Positions 39,084-51,480 of a stretch of DNA of 64,000 nt are shown here, piece after piece. The DNA lies in contig JAQFVV010000010.1 of assembly GCA_028023455.1 (NCBI GenBank), forward strand, positions 16,492,001 to 16,556,000. Direction: 5' to 3'. This DNA comes from Epiperipatus broadwayi (taxonomy: Eukaryota; Animalia; Onychophora). The notes beneath the pieces were generated by a model, which made no database searches, had not been told where the DNA came from, and worked only from the letters and a program-made list of their open reading frames with translations. The position numbers were made by a program, and so were the translations under genes. Each line of letters begins with the position of its first letter. The first letter of the stretch is position 1.

Positions 39084-42000
39084 ATTTAATCGGTACTTGT
39101 GACTTTTGACCCATGTGGCCGCCAGAGACGCTGGTTGGGGTCAACCACAGAAATACTTAAGAGAGGGGCCCCAAATGCAGAATTGCAAATTCCAATACAA
39201 ATATAAAATTTAAATTATCCATCCACATACGAATATAATACAAATATAACTGACGAATATAATACAAATATAAAATTTAAATTATCCATCCACATATGAA
39301 TATAATACAAATATAAAATTTAGAATTGACTTTATATTTGTATTATATTCATATGTGGATGGATAATTTAAATTTTATATTTGTATGTGGATGGATAATT
39401 TAAACCATGAAATTATGGCATAATGATTTGTACATATAATATTTAAGATTAAATAATAATGTAAAAAGTTTTCTTTATAATATGTTTACGGTTTTCTGAT
39501 TTAAAGTTTAATAGATATAACTGAAACTAAAGTATTTTTTTATAAGATCTGTCAAATTTGCTTTTTTTAAAATAAACAATATAAAGAAAATATGTTAAAA
39601 GTTATTTATATCTAGTTAAAATAAAAGTCATCGGTTTATAATTAAAAATGGGAATTTTGTGTAAACAAGAAAGCAATTAGTGACCGCACCTGTAAAAGTA
39701 AAATCTACTTTACTGATTGAATTTGTTTCAACAAAAGATGTTATCATTAAATCATAATACCGTTACTATCTGCCAAGCCATAACATTTTATAACACCTAA
39801 AAAGAAATTTAATTAATGAAATTGGAATCAAAATTATATAATTTATATGTTTTAATAATTTTTTTAAGTAAATTAAAAATAACACCTCGGAGACTTTATC
39901 AGTAGTAGAAATTAGATTATATGATTTTGTTTAATTAAAAGTTGATTGGTCCTGAGGCAAACGAAAGTCCAAAAAGGTGAAAATATATAAATAGGCTAGC
40001 GGAAAAGATACTCCATCTTGCTTTTGAAGAGCTGTTATTACGAGAAGCTGAAAATTTGTTAATTTATCTAGGGCCTGCTAGTCAGGCAAGAATTTGTTGC
40101 TTTTGCCGTGATGCAACATCGGAATTTGATCCATCCAAGGCAGGAGCAACAACCAACGTTGCCTTAACAAGCTTATAATAAGTAGAAGATGCCATAAGCC
40201 ATTAAAAGAACTCACCTTTGTTCAAATTCAACTACCCCAACTCCAGCTATAGGAATACCATCTTAAATCGTCTCCCAACTAAAGAGAAGATGCCATAAGC
40301 CGCCAAAGAACTCACCTACGTTCCAGCTCGAGTATCTGTTTTAAAAATTATTAAAATCGCAGAGCTCTGTGTAAAATTCAAAATAATCATTATAGCTTCA
40401 AAATCAGGTTAGCTAACTATATTGTAAACTCTTTCTAAAATGTCTTATCAATAATATTTCAATTATATAAATGACATACTTTTGTTAATTTCCTTTATTA
40501 ACTTCTTGTTTTGCTATATAACTTAATCACTGCAGTTATATTTATTTCTCTTTTGCTTATTTTAGTTATTATTAATTATGTCTGTCTTGAAACAGCGCGC
40601 ATTTAGTTACGAAATATATACTTTTTGAAGATATTGTTTAAAATCTTCGTATTGTATTAATTATAGCGTCATTTAGCGCTCCGTTTCGAACCCCTAATTT
40701 ATAAATAATGGCGACCCTTTGTGCTCGTTATTATTTTGTCATTTAGTAAATAATTAATGTAAATATAAAATGTGGCTTATAAATCCAAACTTTTAATTAT
40801 TATGTTACTAAAGATTAAACTAGCCTGGAGTGTAATCATAAGTATATTTTTCTTATTAAAGTATTCGTAAGTCCCTTAAATATACTTTCTCCCTTTAAAA
40901 GTTTATTAATTATACATAACTAAGAGATTGAACGGGATAAAGTAAAGTTTGTGTATATATATATATATTCCCGTCAGTAGCATATATGTATTTCTCATGC
41001 TACAGAAGAGTTGGCTCTTTTAATCAAGCTGACAAAACTACTGTTCATTTAATGTATGGAATTTAATTTATAATATACTTCGGCTTGGCGGATGTGAAAT
41101 TGATCAATATTTTATCGTTGTGCTGTTTTTTATATATATATAAGATGGAGCCACTTTATTATATTTTACTTGTGCGTAGCGTATTAATAAAATCTTTATA
41201 GCCAACTCAAAACCCGTTCGATCTAAAGCTATCTGTGAGGGTTTATATGCCCATATTTAATATATAAATTTATCATAATCGGATGTATTATTAAACTTCA
41301 CTCCAGACTTGGTTTGATTACATGTATAATAGCCACTCGAACAGATGATGAAAGGGCATAACTAATAAGTGGAATGTAGTGATTTATTATATAGCATAAA
41401 ATTAGCGCAATTAAATAATTAGCCACAAATTTATTTTGCTAAATGGCCTACCCTAGAGTAATGTTGTTTAGTAAATAAAATGCCTGCGTGCATTATCCAA
41501 CGCTAAGTAATGGGTTATATCAAGTATATATGAAATTGTCAATAAATATAATTCATCATATATCAGTTTCTGTCTCATTAAATCAATCCAATTCACTAAT
41601 TGACCATAGCTATTCATTAGTAAAGCCCCTATTAATATACTAGATTTTATCTTTGAAATGTCTCTTGTTTTGAAAGAAGGGGGGAAAAATTAGCTTTTTT
41701 TAAAAAAAAAAAAACCCAATTGTCGTAAAAATTTAAAAAAAAAAGATCGATTTTTAAATTTAGAATTGACTTATAGATTAATAAAATATTTTATGAATAA
41801 TTATGAGGATTTCTACGCGATAATTTTAGCGTTTTCAAGCGGCCATGATAGCAAATTTCACCGCTCGACTTATATATAACATTTTGACAGAGTAAATAAT
41901 TAAAAAAAAAAAGATCGATTTTTTAAAAAAAAATAATTCAAAAATACATCCATTTATAAAACTGTGAAATAGCATGAGATACTATTAAGTTTGAACGAAT

Positions 42001-42468
42001 ATTTAAATAGTTGTAGCTTCTTAATTATTCAGACCTGCACATTATACGCCATTCATATTTTAAGTAGTATGTACATAAATTCTATCAGTACGTAGTTTTT
42101 CTGTGTGTAACCGTGGAGAAACAGTGCCACGTAGTGGGCTAGAATCTTGGTAGTCGCTGTTAGCAGACGACACATAAGCTGGATGTGTTTACGGCAATCA
42201 GCGCCACCTAGGTTCTTGGTGTCTGCTGGTAGCAGATGATGTAAGCTAAATGGGCTTACGCACTGTGACCAGCACCACCAAGCGGGCAGCTTTGCTGCCA
42301 GCCAGCTGGTGGAATGTTCCTGTGCTTACGCATTGTGAACAGCGCCACCTTTCGGCTGGAATTTGCAATTCTGCATTTGGGGCCCCTACTCTTAAGTATT
42401 TCTGTGGTTGACCCTGACCAGCGCCTCTGGCGGCCACATGGGTCAAAAGTCACAAGTATCATTTAATC
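39084..42468. mobile_element. Non-autonomous DNA transposon, about 103-bp TIRs, 8-bp TSD (Merlin-like)
   Basis: Perfect TSD ATTTAATC at 39084-91 / 42461-68. TIRs 39092-39194 / 42357-42460 begin GGTACTTGTGAC (right end GATACTT). No transposase ORF inside. Confidence 0.88.
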
Positions 42469-42710
42469 TTATTTTTTTTCTTCATATTGATAAACACATA
42501 CCTTGTATTAAGGCTTATCTTAAACACCCAGAATGGCTAATTTTATATTACTTAAATGTTTATCTCAAAATAGCAATAGATATTTTTGTTGTTGTTTTTA
42601 AAAGCCTTAATAGGTAAGAATAATGCTGAGAATTGAGAATGGTTCTTCACAAACTTTCAGAATTTGATTCCCAGCTCAGGGAAATAAAAGATAAAAAGTA
42701 GGATTAGTAG

Positions 42711-43721
42711 TACACCTGGGTCTCTTTTTACGCGGACTTATTTAACACGATTTTGAAGTTATGCGATTCGTGTTTCACCGGAAGTCGAACTCCGATATTG
42801 CGCTATTACTTTAAATAATAAATTTCGCACACTTACATTATATTGAAAGTAATAGCACATTATTGGAATTCGACTTTCAACTTAGTAATTTCAATATTTT
42901 CAGTGCTTTATAATAGTAAGATTTTATGCAATAATGAAATTAAAATCATGATTTCCACATTTTATGTATACACACATTTATTTTACAAGATTATAATGTA
43001 AATTTGTTCAAACATTGTGCGTGTTAATTTTGCATTTTAAATCACATTCTGTTTTTGCTTTTTAAAAAAGAACGTAATCAATTATTAATCATTTAGTGTC
43101 CACAAGTTTATTTTTAAAAGGTGAGTAATAGCAGTGGGCACAATTAAAATCGAATTTTTAATTGTAATTAACAATTTAAAAATTACTTACGGCGACTTGA
43201 AATAATGTGATGTGAAATTTGATTTTTAAACGGAATTGAAAATTAAAGACAAAAATAAGAATTTAATTTTTAGTTGTTAGTTTTAATTAAATTTTTCCCA
43301 GCAGTGGTGAATAAATGTCTTTTTATTATCATAAGTCTAAGTTCATAAACAATTAATAAAATTATCATCTCAAAGATTAATTACGTTGTCAACAAAACCA
43401 TTAACTCAACATGAGAGTGCAAACGAACGTGTGTTTCGGCAAATAGTGATAATAATTAAAACGTGTATAAAAAAATGTAAATTACCGTAATGTAAATTTA
43501 TGCATAAAAATATATTATTTTGAATAAAATTAAATATTATAGTTAAAAAAAGTTTGTCTTTTATCAATTTTTTTCAAATTTGAAATTTTTTATTAGTCTT
43601 ATTTTATTTCCTTATATTTTTTTTGCGCGAATTTTGAAAAATCACAGACCACATCCCCCCTTTTTTCAATGTAAGTTACGTCTATTTTTGAGTGATTTCG
43701 TTTGCGCGTGTTCCAGGTGTA
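42711..43721. mobile_element. Tc1/mariner (Tigger/pogo-like) MITE, copy 1
   Basis: TACACCTGG at 42711 and CCAGGTGTA ending 43721, TA flanks; homologous to 45919-46802. Confidence 0.75.
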
Positions 43722-43848
43722 AAATATTAATATGGTTAATATTTATGGACAATCTTTATATCTATCACTGAATATTTCTCTGGAGGGCTTAACCTTATCT
43801 GATTTAAATTTTATGTGGATTTATCAAAACAGCATGATTATTTATTTC

Positions 43849-43973
43849 TTATATATAGAGCTCTTAACAAGCTTTGCAGAATATCCCCAACTCCAGACCG
43901 ATTTCTGCTACTGGTTTAACCGGTCTAGGGTTGGGAATATTCTGCAGAGCTTATTTGAGAGCTCTATATATAA
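43849..43973. repeat. 52-bp-arm hairpin, probable PLE fold-back relic
   Basis: Arms 43849-43900 / 43921-43973. Minus strand reads GAAATCGGTC-TGGAGTTGGGG and the right arm AACCGGTC, resembling the 3' half of a hammerhead. Confidence 0.6.
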
Positions 43974-44363
43974 CATTTGTAATACAAGCTTGTTAAATTA
44001 GGTCATGTGACATATGGCTTGATTTCTTTGTAATTTTGTCTTTCTTCACTTGTTTTTACTTGTGTAATTTTCTATGCCACATAGGTTTCTTGAATGAGTT
44101 CAATCTATACTCATTTCAAATTATATTTTATTGCAGGGTTCAGCAATCTTTTTAGCATGACAAACCATTTTGTTTAAATATCTTGATTATAAAATTTGTA
44201 AAAGCTGCCTAGGAATGATTGTGGTTATGTTTGAAAATTTATTTTACTAATAAAACATATCAGAATTAATGTATGTATAATGAAAATTGAAATTCCCTTA
44301 AAAACAAACAAAAAACTAATTTGACAGTTTGATTTATTCACAAATATTATTTAAACATTATTA

Positions 44364-44701
44364 TATATAGTAATTATTCTATAGCAAGGCTGAATCTTCT
44401 AGAATCATAAAGATATTTATTTATAAATTACATGATAAAAAGAACTACAAATGTGAAATCAACCGCATGTGGCTTGCAAGTCACAGATTTCCAATTCTTG
44501 CCCTATTTCCGGATCACAAAGATAGCAAGAGACAATTGTAAATTAAGCTTTCAATCTAGAAGTCGTTAAAGTGTTAATCATGATAATTTTTTTATTTAAT
44601 TTATTGACTGGGACTCGCTAGATTGCTTTTAATTAATCATTTAAATTTTATTTTGCTTCTACTTATCAATTGAATTAAGGATGACGATGATACATCTTTT
44701 T
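44364..44701 (+). repeat. Unclassified dispersed repeat, copy 1
   Basis: Collinear with 62009-62323 (TAATTATTCTATAGCAAGGCTGAATC ... GAATTAAGGATGA..GATACATCTTTTT). Confidence 0.85.
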
Positions 44702-45471
44702 CAGAATGATAATTACTTTAGAGACTTGAGATCATTTACTTAAAAACAGCAAAGCTATATGAACTTCACAATTCCATAGTCTTATTTTATAATCCTAAGT
44801 TGATAAAAAAAATATGGCCTCCTTTTTACCAATAGTTGTATTAGTTAAATAACTTTATATTAAAAATTATGTGCATGACTTTATAAACACATTCGATGCT
44901 ATAACAAGTTATGTGGCTAACACATTTATTAATTAATTAAAATGTCTTCCTAAAGTTTATCGCATTTAAATTTTAGCAAATGGCTTTTTATGCTATTGTT
45001 ATATATACAGCATTGTTCCATTAGTTTAACTACCTTGGCTATGCACATTTTAGTGATCATAAAATTATACCTATGTTAATTGAAGTAAAACCCTTTTTAA
45101 TGCTTTTATTGAAGTTGGAAAATCAATTTAACTTTTGAATTTTTTCAAAGAATGAAATTTTAAAATAGAGGTTTAATTTAAATTCAATAGAATTGCTAGA
45201 AAATTGATATAAAACTAAGTTATACCACCCTAATCCATCTCAAACATTTATCATTTTGGTATATCAACTAGTTTGATAGATATGGAACAGAGGGCAGGAA
45301 AATATTAAAAATATCCATTAACTTCACATATCACAGTTAACAATTATTTTTATAACTTTGATTTGTTTTAAATAATGATCATAAAAGGCATAAAATATTT
45401 TTCCTTTCAATTTAATATTTTTTAACCATTTTGACACTTAATGCATATATCATAATTAATGTGTATATAAT

Positions 45472-45710
45472 TATGTATAATAAATCAGTAACTTAAGTTT
45501 TCTATTTAAAATTGTTTGATAGTTTTATTTTAAAACAATTGTTTTTTTTTTTTTAAAGAAAACTTTATTTTAGGAAAAGCTAAAGAAAACTCTATAATTA
45601 AAACAATGATCACAAATTTTCTTTTTTAGCTTTTTTAAAACAATTGTTTCAAAATAAAAATTATCAAACAATTTTAAATAGAAAACTTAATTACTGATTT
45701 ATTATACATA
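45472..45710. repeat. AT-rich inverted repeat, about 74-bp arms
   Basis: 45472-45545 is the reverse complement of 45637-45710 with few differences. Confidence 0.75.
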
Positions 45711-45918
45711 CATTAAGAGTATATATATTAATTTACTGCAGAAATATCTAATGAGTTATATGCATTATATATGTGATATTGATTTAAAGTAAAATTATTT
45801 TTATTAAGTGAAGTTCATTTACAGTATATGCACATGTATCATTATGTACTCATACTAAATATGATACATATACATAAGGGGTATACATTTTAATTTATAG
45901 CAGAAATATTTAGTGATG

Positions 45919-46802
45919 TACACCTGGGTCTCATTTTATGCGGATTATTTTAATGCAATTTTGAAGTTATGTGATTCATGTTTCTTCTTAATATCCTTCA
46001 TATTTCACTATATTTAGAAGATATCACGAAATTTAAATTATTAATAACTTATTTTGACTTGAAATACTTTTTTTTTTTCAAAAATATATTATATTTGCAG
46101 CTTACGTGACTATGGCATGAAACTGTGTTTAGAATCTTAGCTTCTATGTAAATAACTACTTATACTAATGAGTAAATAATAATAATAGATTTATACATAT
46201 GTATAAAAATATCACAATAAATATTCAAAAATTTTAAACTTTTAAAACGTATTTTGTTAGAAATTAACAGAAATAAATATTTTTTTAAATTTTTAAAATA
46301 AATAATAACGAAGATTTTAATGATTTTATAAACTGAAAATAATCTTTCTAATGATAATGTATAATCTTTTTGTTTTGATTGCGATCTCATTTTTTAACAT
46401 AGAAACACAAAACCATTAACACATCACAAGACTGGAAGTGGCGCTAGTAGTACAACATGTCATGAATCTGATTTCTTACTAGTTCACAAACTAACGCATA
46501 TTGTAAAATAGCGGTAATGATTAAAATATGTATGAAAAAATGTAAAATTAAATACTGTAGTTAATAAAAAAAGTTTGTCTTATATTAAATTTTTTCATAT
46601 ATTTGAAATTTTTTATTAGTCACACTTTATTTCCTTATTTTTTAATGTGAATTTTAAAGTAATTTTTCCTTGTTGCTTTGCTTTTATGCCAATTTCTGAA
46701 AATTACGGGAACCTATCCCCCATTTTTCAAGGTGAGTTACGTTTATTTTTGTGCGCATTTTCTGAGGAACCTATCAACCGCATAAAACAAGACATATGTG
46801 TG
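45919..46802. mobile_element. Tigger/pogo-like MITE, copy 2 (more decayed)
   Basis: TACACCTGGGTCTCATTTTATGCGG at 45919, decayed right TIR CCGCATAAAACAAGACATATGTGTG; 46400-46760 matches 43380-43700. Confidence 0.7.
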
Positions 46803-46869
46803 TCCAGTCAATTAAAAGTACAAGTTTTACATTTTTATTTACTGTGTCAATACTAAAAACTTAAAAATA

Positions 46870-49800
46870 ATAGAGGTAAAGAAATAAAATAATTGTTTCT
46901 TCAATCACAATCAGATTTGTTCACAGCAACATTGGATTGTGGATTACGAGAGTCAAAAGAACTATGGAATGATGATTCATCAAAAAAATCTCTGAAGCCT
47001 TTAATGGAACAATACCAAAAGAATTGTACAATTCATTCAATCGTTTCTTCACTGAAAAATCAATAATCATTGCGATTACAGATCATTATTGTAGCCTATT
47101 TAGATTCCCAAAAAAAATATTATTCAATCTACTTACAGCCAAAAACTTATGGGAATTGATTCATTGTATAGCTGATCATACATTGTGCTGGAATTTAAAA
47201 CACATAAGGGATAGTTTTCAGAAAGAAATCAGGATCTTGGATCACTACGCACTAGTAGTAGTCAATTAGAATAGACAACATTATAAATGGTACACTGAAG
47301 AATGCCTACTTAAACTACAAAATTGAAGACTTAAATTAATGAAGTCATTTAAGAGTTCTTCAATTTCAGCCAAACATGCTGTCAAATACCTTGGTATCAA
47401 TATACGGAAAGTTTCTATTTTAAAGTTAAGCTACATAAGAATGTAGAACCAAAAGACATACCCTCTCAAATAACCAAACATTGTGTTTGATGATTAAAAA
47501 AATAAATCCCCAATGTTATCATTGCAAAGAGTGTAGAATCTAATCAATGTTTGTCCTAAAATGTATTGTACCCAATGTAAAATAAAGATGATCCCCATTG
47601 CATCAGTGTCCGAATATAAATAATGGCTTGACTGAAAATGCTTTAAATAGTATCTCCCATACAGAACAAACAACAGAAGCTCAGGTCAACTCACCCATTA
47701 AATGATGAACTGGAATTACAAATAAAGGAAATCTTACACAATGCCAGCAGTCTCATTCTTGTTGATAATGCAATTCTGTAATGATTCCTTCCAAATCAAT
47801 TTAATAATTTAAACAAAACAACTCCAGAGATAATGGAATTGCTTTCACAATTTATGCCAACAAAAGGAAATTCAAATGTATTAAACATTCTGATATTAAC
47901 TAGCCAGCCCTCGTAAGAAAAGGGAGGATAAAAAGCAGACAAAAGGTATAATGAGGGCATGCATTGATACAGAAGTCAATGATATGACAGACCTTCCAAA
48001 AAAAGTTTAAACCAATATCAGTAACAAAGACCATCTCTACAATTCCCAATGATAAAGAAATTTTTGTTGAGATAAGTGGGTCATGCTTGAATAGATTAAA
48101 TAAAATCAGGTTCTCCCTTTATAACAAGTAATAACCTAACTGAGAATGTAAGTCAATATAAAACAATAGATAAATAGAAGATAATGGACTTGAACTTGTT
48201 ACTAAGAGCTTAATTTTTGTATTTATCTTTATACTGTTTATTCTTGTCAATTATAATTTTGGTGCTTTTATTTTAAGACGTGGTGGGTTCGAAAATAGGG
48301 GTGAATGAAGTTAAAAATTGCATCCTTAAAAATTAGGGGTTTTAACTCCACTAATAAAATTTATCAACCGAAACAATGATATGGTATTGACAACAGGTCT
48401 ACTGGAAACCAAAATATATAATAATGGTTCACTTATTGATCCTTCCATTTATTTTGTAAATAAAGGTTTTGCAGCTTTCTCTAAATCTTCTAACTCCCCT
48501 TCTGCAAGTACAGGGATTATTATAGATAAACGTAGCCCTTTTAAAAGTAGATATATTGAACACTTTACTGTTATTTCATTGCAACATAAAGCAATGGTAC
48601 TAGATGTAATTTTTGTATATATTCTTCCTGGACCTACAATAATGAATAGGTTGATTCTCACATTAAATTCCATGCTTGGCTCGTCCTCTACCCATGCATA
48701 CTTATTGATGATTTTAATTTGTCAAATGAAAACTTCATTAAAAAGTGGTTAAATTTTATTTGCTTCTCACTAATGAGCGGGAAAAGTTTTTTGCCTAATG
48801 GTATCATTTCCTTTAATAATGGAAAGTATTCTTCACTAATTGATCTCATGTTTTATTCCCCATCAATTCATCATCTTATTAATCTTGAAATTAAAAATGC
48901 ATCTTTTTCAGACCATGCTGCACTTGTCACTAAAATTGTTCTTGATTTCAATAATAAAAATTTAATACCCACTAGACATACTATTAGAATATTACTGCCC
49001 TCTAGAACACCAGAATTGTTGTTTTTGAAAAATTATATATATCTAAATAAACTAAGATTGAAATGAATGCAGTGCAGGCCTGGATTGCATATGTAAGCAT
49101 ATTATCAAACATAATTCACCGTATTACCAGAGCCACACCATCACCAGATAATAAAATATACAAAAATATTTTTCAGATTCCATCCTCAGAAAATGAACGA
49201 ACAAAAATAAAAAACCTCAAATTTATATAATGAACCAGAATCAACACTCAAAGAATATCAAACAATAAAGAAAAGAATATTTATTGGGCAATCATGTACA
49301 TGGTCTAGAAATTATATCAGATGGGCCTTGGGTCACTCTCCTTCAATCAGAATGCCAACAGCCATTCAAATATAAACAGGGATTGTTAGTAGGATTTATA
49401 TGCTGGAACTGGCCTACTTATAGGAATAGGCTGCAATCTAACAGTTCTTATAACTTTTCAAAAAAACTTTTTGGCGAGTCAAATGAAGATGAATTTAGTC
49501 CTAATGAATTTACAAGGAAACTGGAGTCCATGGCTGAATCTTGCTATCTTAGCCTACATGGGATACTTTGCTTTGTATATCGACATCAATTCTTCTTACC
49601 CCCAATTACCGAGCAAATTTTCTATTGAAAGAAATATACATAATGCAAAATCTAGATCACTAGTATCTTTTTTTCTTAAAAAAAAAAAAAAGATATCTAC
49701 CATAGAAAAACTAAGACCAATTTCAATGAGTTCATTTGGGGTTTAAGGTACTGGAGGCTGTTCTGAAAGATAGAGCCATATATTTTACCCACGCTCTCTA

Positions 49801-51480
49801 ACTAAGTACCAATTTGCAAAAAAAGGCTCATCCCCTAATCAAGCAGCCTTTATATTTAGAACTGTTATCAACACTGAGTCAAGAAGAAATATGGTCCTGT
49901 TGTGATTCAGCCGGATATTATATTTGAAAGTCTCTACTGACATCCTGAGTAATACTCTAGTGAACAACTATACCTAAAACTTGGAACAGGGAGATACATG
50001 TAACTCTAAATGGAAGAATATCACCATCTATCTCCAATTGTTCCACACCCCAAGATTACCCATTGAATGCACTTCTCAATATACATAAACCCTTTACTAA
50101 CAGCCATTGAAAAACAAATGACAGGTATATATCCTGGACTTCAAAACCAGTATTAAGTGTGTTGCTTTCATGGATGATTTTCCTATCATCCCAAAAACAA
50201 ATCCCAAATGTAATAAAATTGCTAAAACAATACATTGATAACTTCCAACTCATATTTAATATGGAAAAATCATAAGCATGGCAAATTTACTCTGAATGCA
50301 ATATAAAACATTTTAAAGGAAAACTTAACGTCTTGTTAGGCTTTCTATTTTAATTAAATCCTACACAAATAAGAACAAATATTCAAAACCAACTAACAAA
50401 ATAGAATATATAATAAACTCCCTAACAAAAGCTTATTTCTCTATATGCCAAAGTTTCATTATATAACATGCTAACTGTGACTAGAATATAATATACACCA
50501 ATAATAAAATTTATAAAGATATTTATTAACTATGATCATACACTGCTGAGAAAACTCTGGGATAAAAAGATTTCATCAATCTCAATCGGAAAGCTCCAAT
50601 ATCCTTTGGCAAACAATGGTCTTGGTCTTCATTCAATAAATGTATTTGAAATACAAAAATCACTTAATACATCCCAAGATGTATTGAGATGTTTCCCTAC
50701 CTGGAAATAGCATTTAAAATCAGACCTACAGATAAATCTCCACTTAAGGATATTTAAAGGCCATTAGAGAGTTGATCCTAGAAATATTACCCCAAAAGAT
50801 AAATATCAGTATTGGGAAATATATTTATTACTTTCCCCAGCCACACAAATTCATGAAAAGTCTATACTTGAAATTACATGCAACTTCCACAAATTTAGAT
50901 ATTGGTCATTTGAGCCTAAATTGTTTGATTTTCTAGTTAAGATTAATTTAGAAGCATTACATACCAATTTTTTTTACAAGTATAAAAGCCAGATTCAATC
51001 AATAGAAGATTGCTGTAGTTTATATAAAAGAAAGTCCAAAACCCAATCTCACATTTTTTTCTCATATCCTAGCTTTGATCAGATCAGGGTGGAAATATTA
51101 GTCATATATAAGAATTTTTATATATGTTTAAGGAATTTGGTAAAGGTCTTTTTTTTGAATGTACATGTCAATCGTTTTGTTCTATGTGCTATATGGTGCA
51201 CAAGATGCATGTTTGTGTATGAAAAGTCCAGGAAGACCACAATGCTTTTAGAAATGAGAAAGGGACAGAAAGGTGTCCGAATATAAGGTGTACTTCGAAA
51301 CCTGGTCGGGACTCTCAATCCTCAAAGCTATAACACGCCACACTTGCCTCAATAATATCTGGTATATATTTTTAATTAATTAATTGTATCTAGTGTTTAT
51401 GATTTAATTAATGTTGTAAAAGACTAAACAAATATAACCAATGTTTTTCTTTTCAAACAATGAATAAAGTACCTTTGAAA
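46870..51480 (+). mobile_element. Degenerate near-full-length L1/Tx1-clade LINE
   Basis: Double zinc-knuckle remnant at about 47515-47595; APE motifs GLLETK, IDDFN, IDLMFYS, FSDH (48380-48950); RT EKLRPIS (about 49700); C-terminal CC..KTQSHIFF and LCAIWCTR; AATAAA at about 51462. Broken by stops and frameshifts. Confidence 0.8.
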
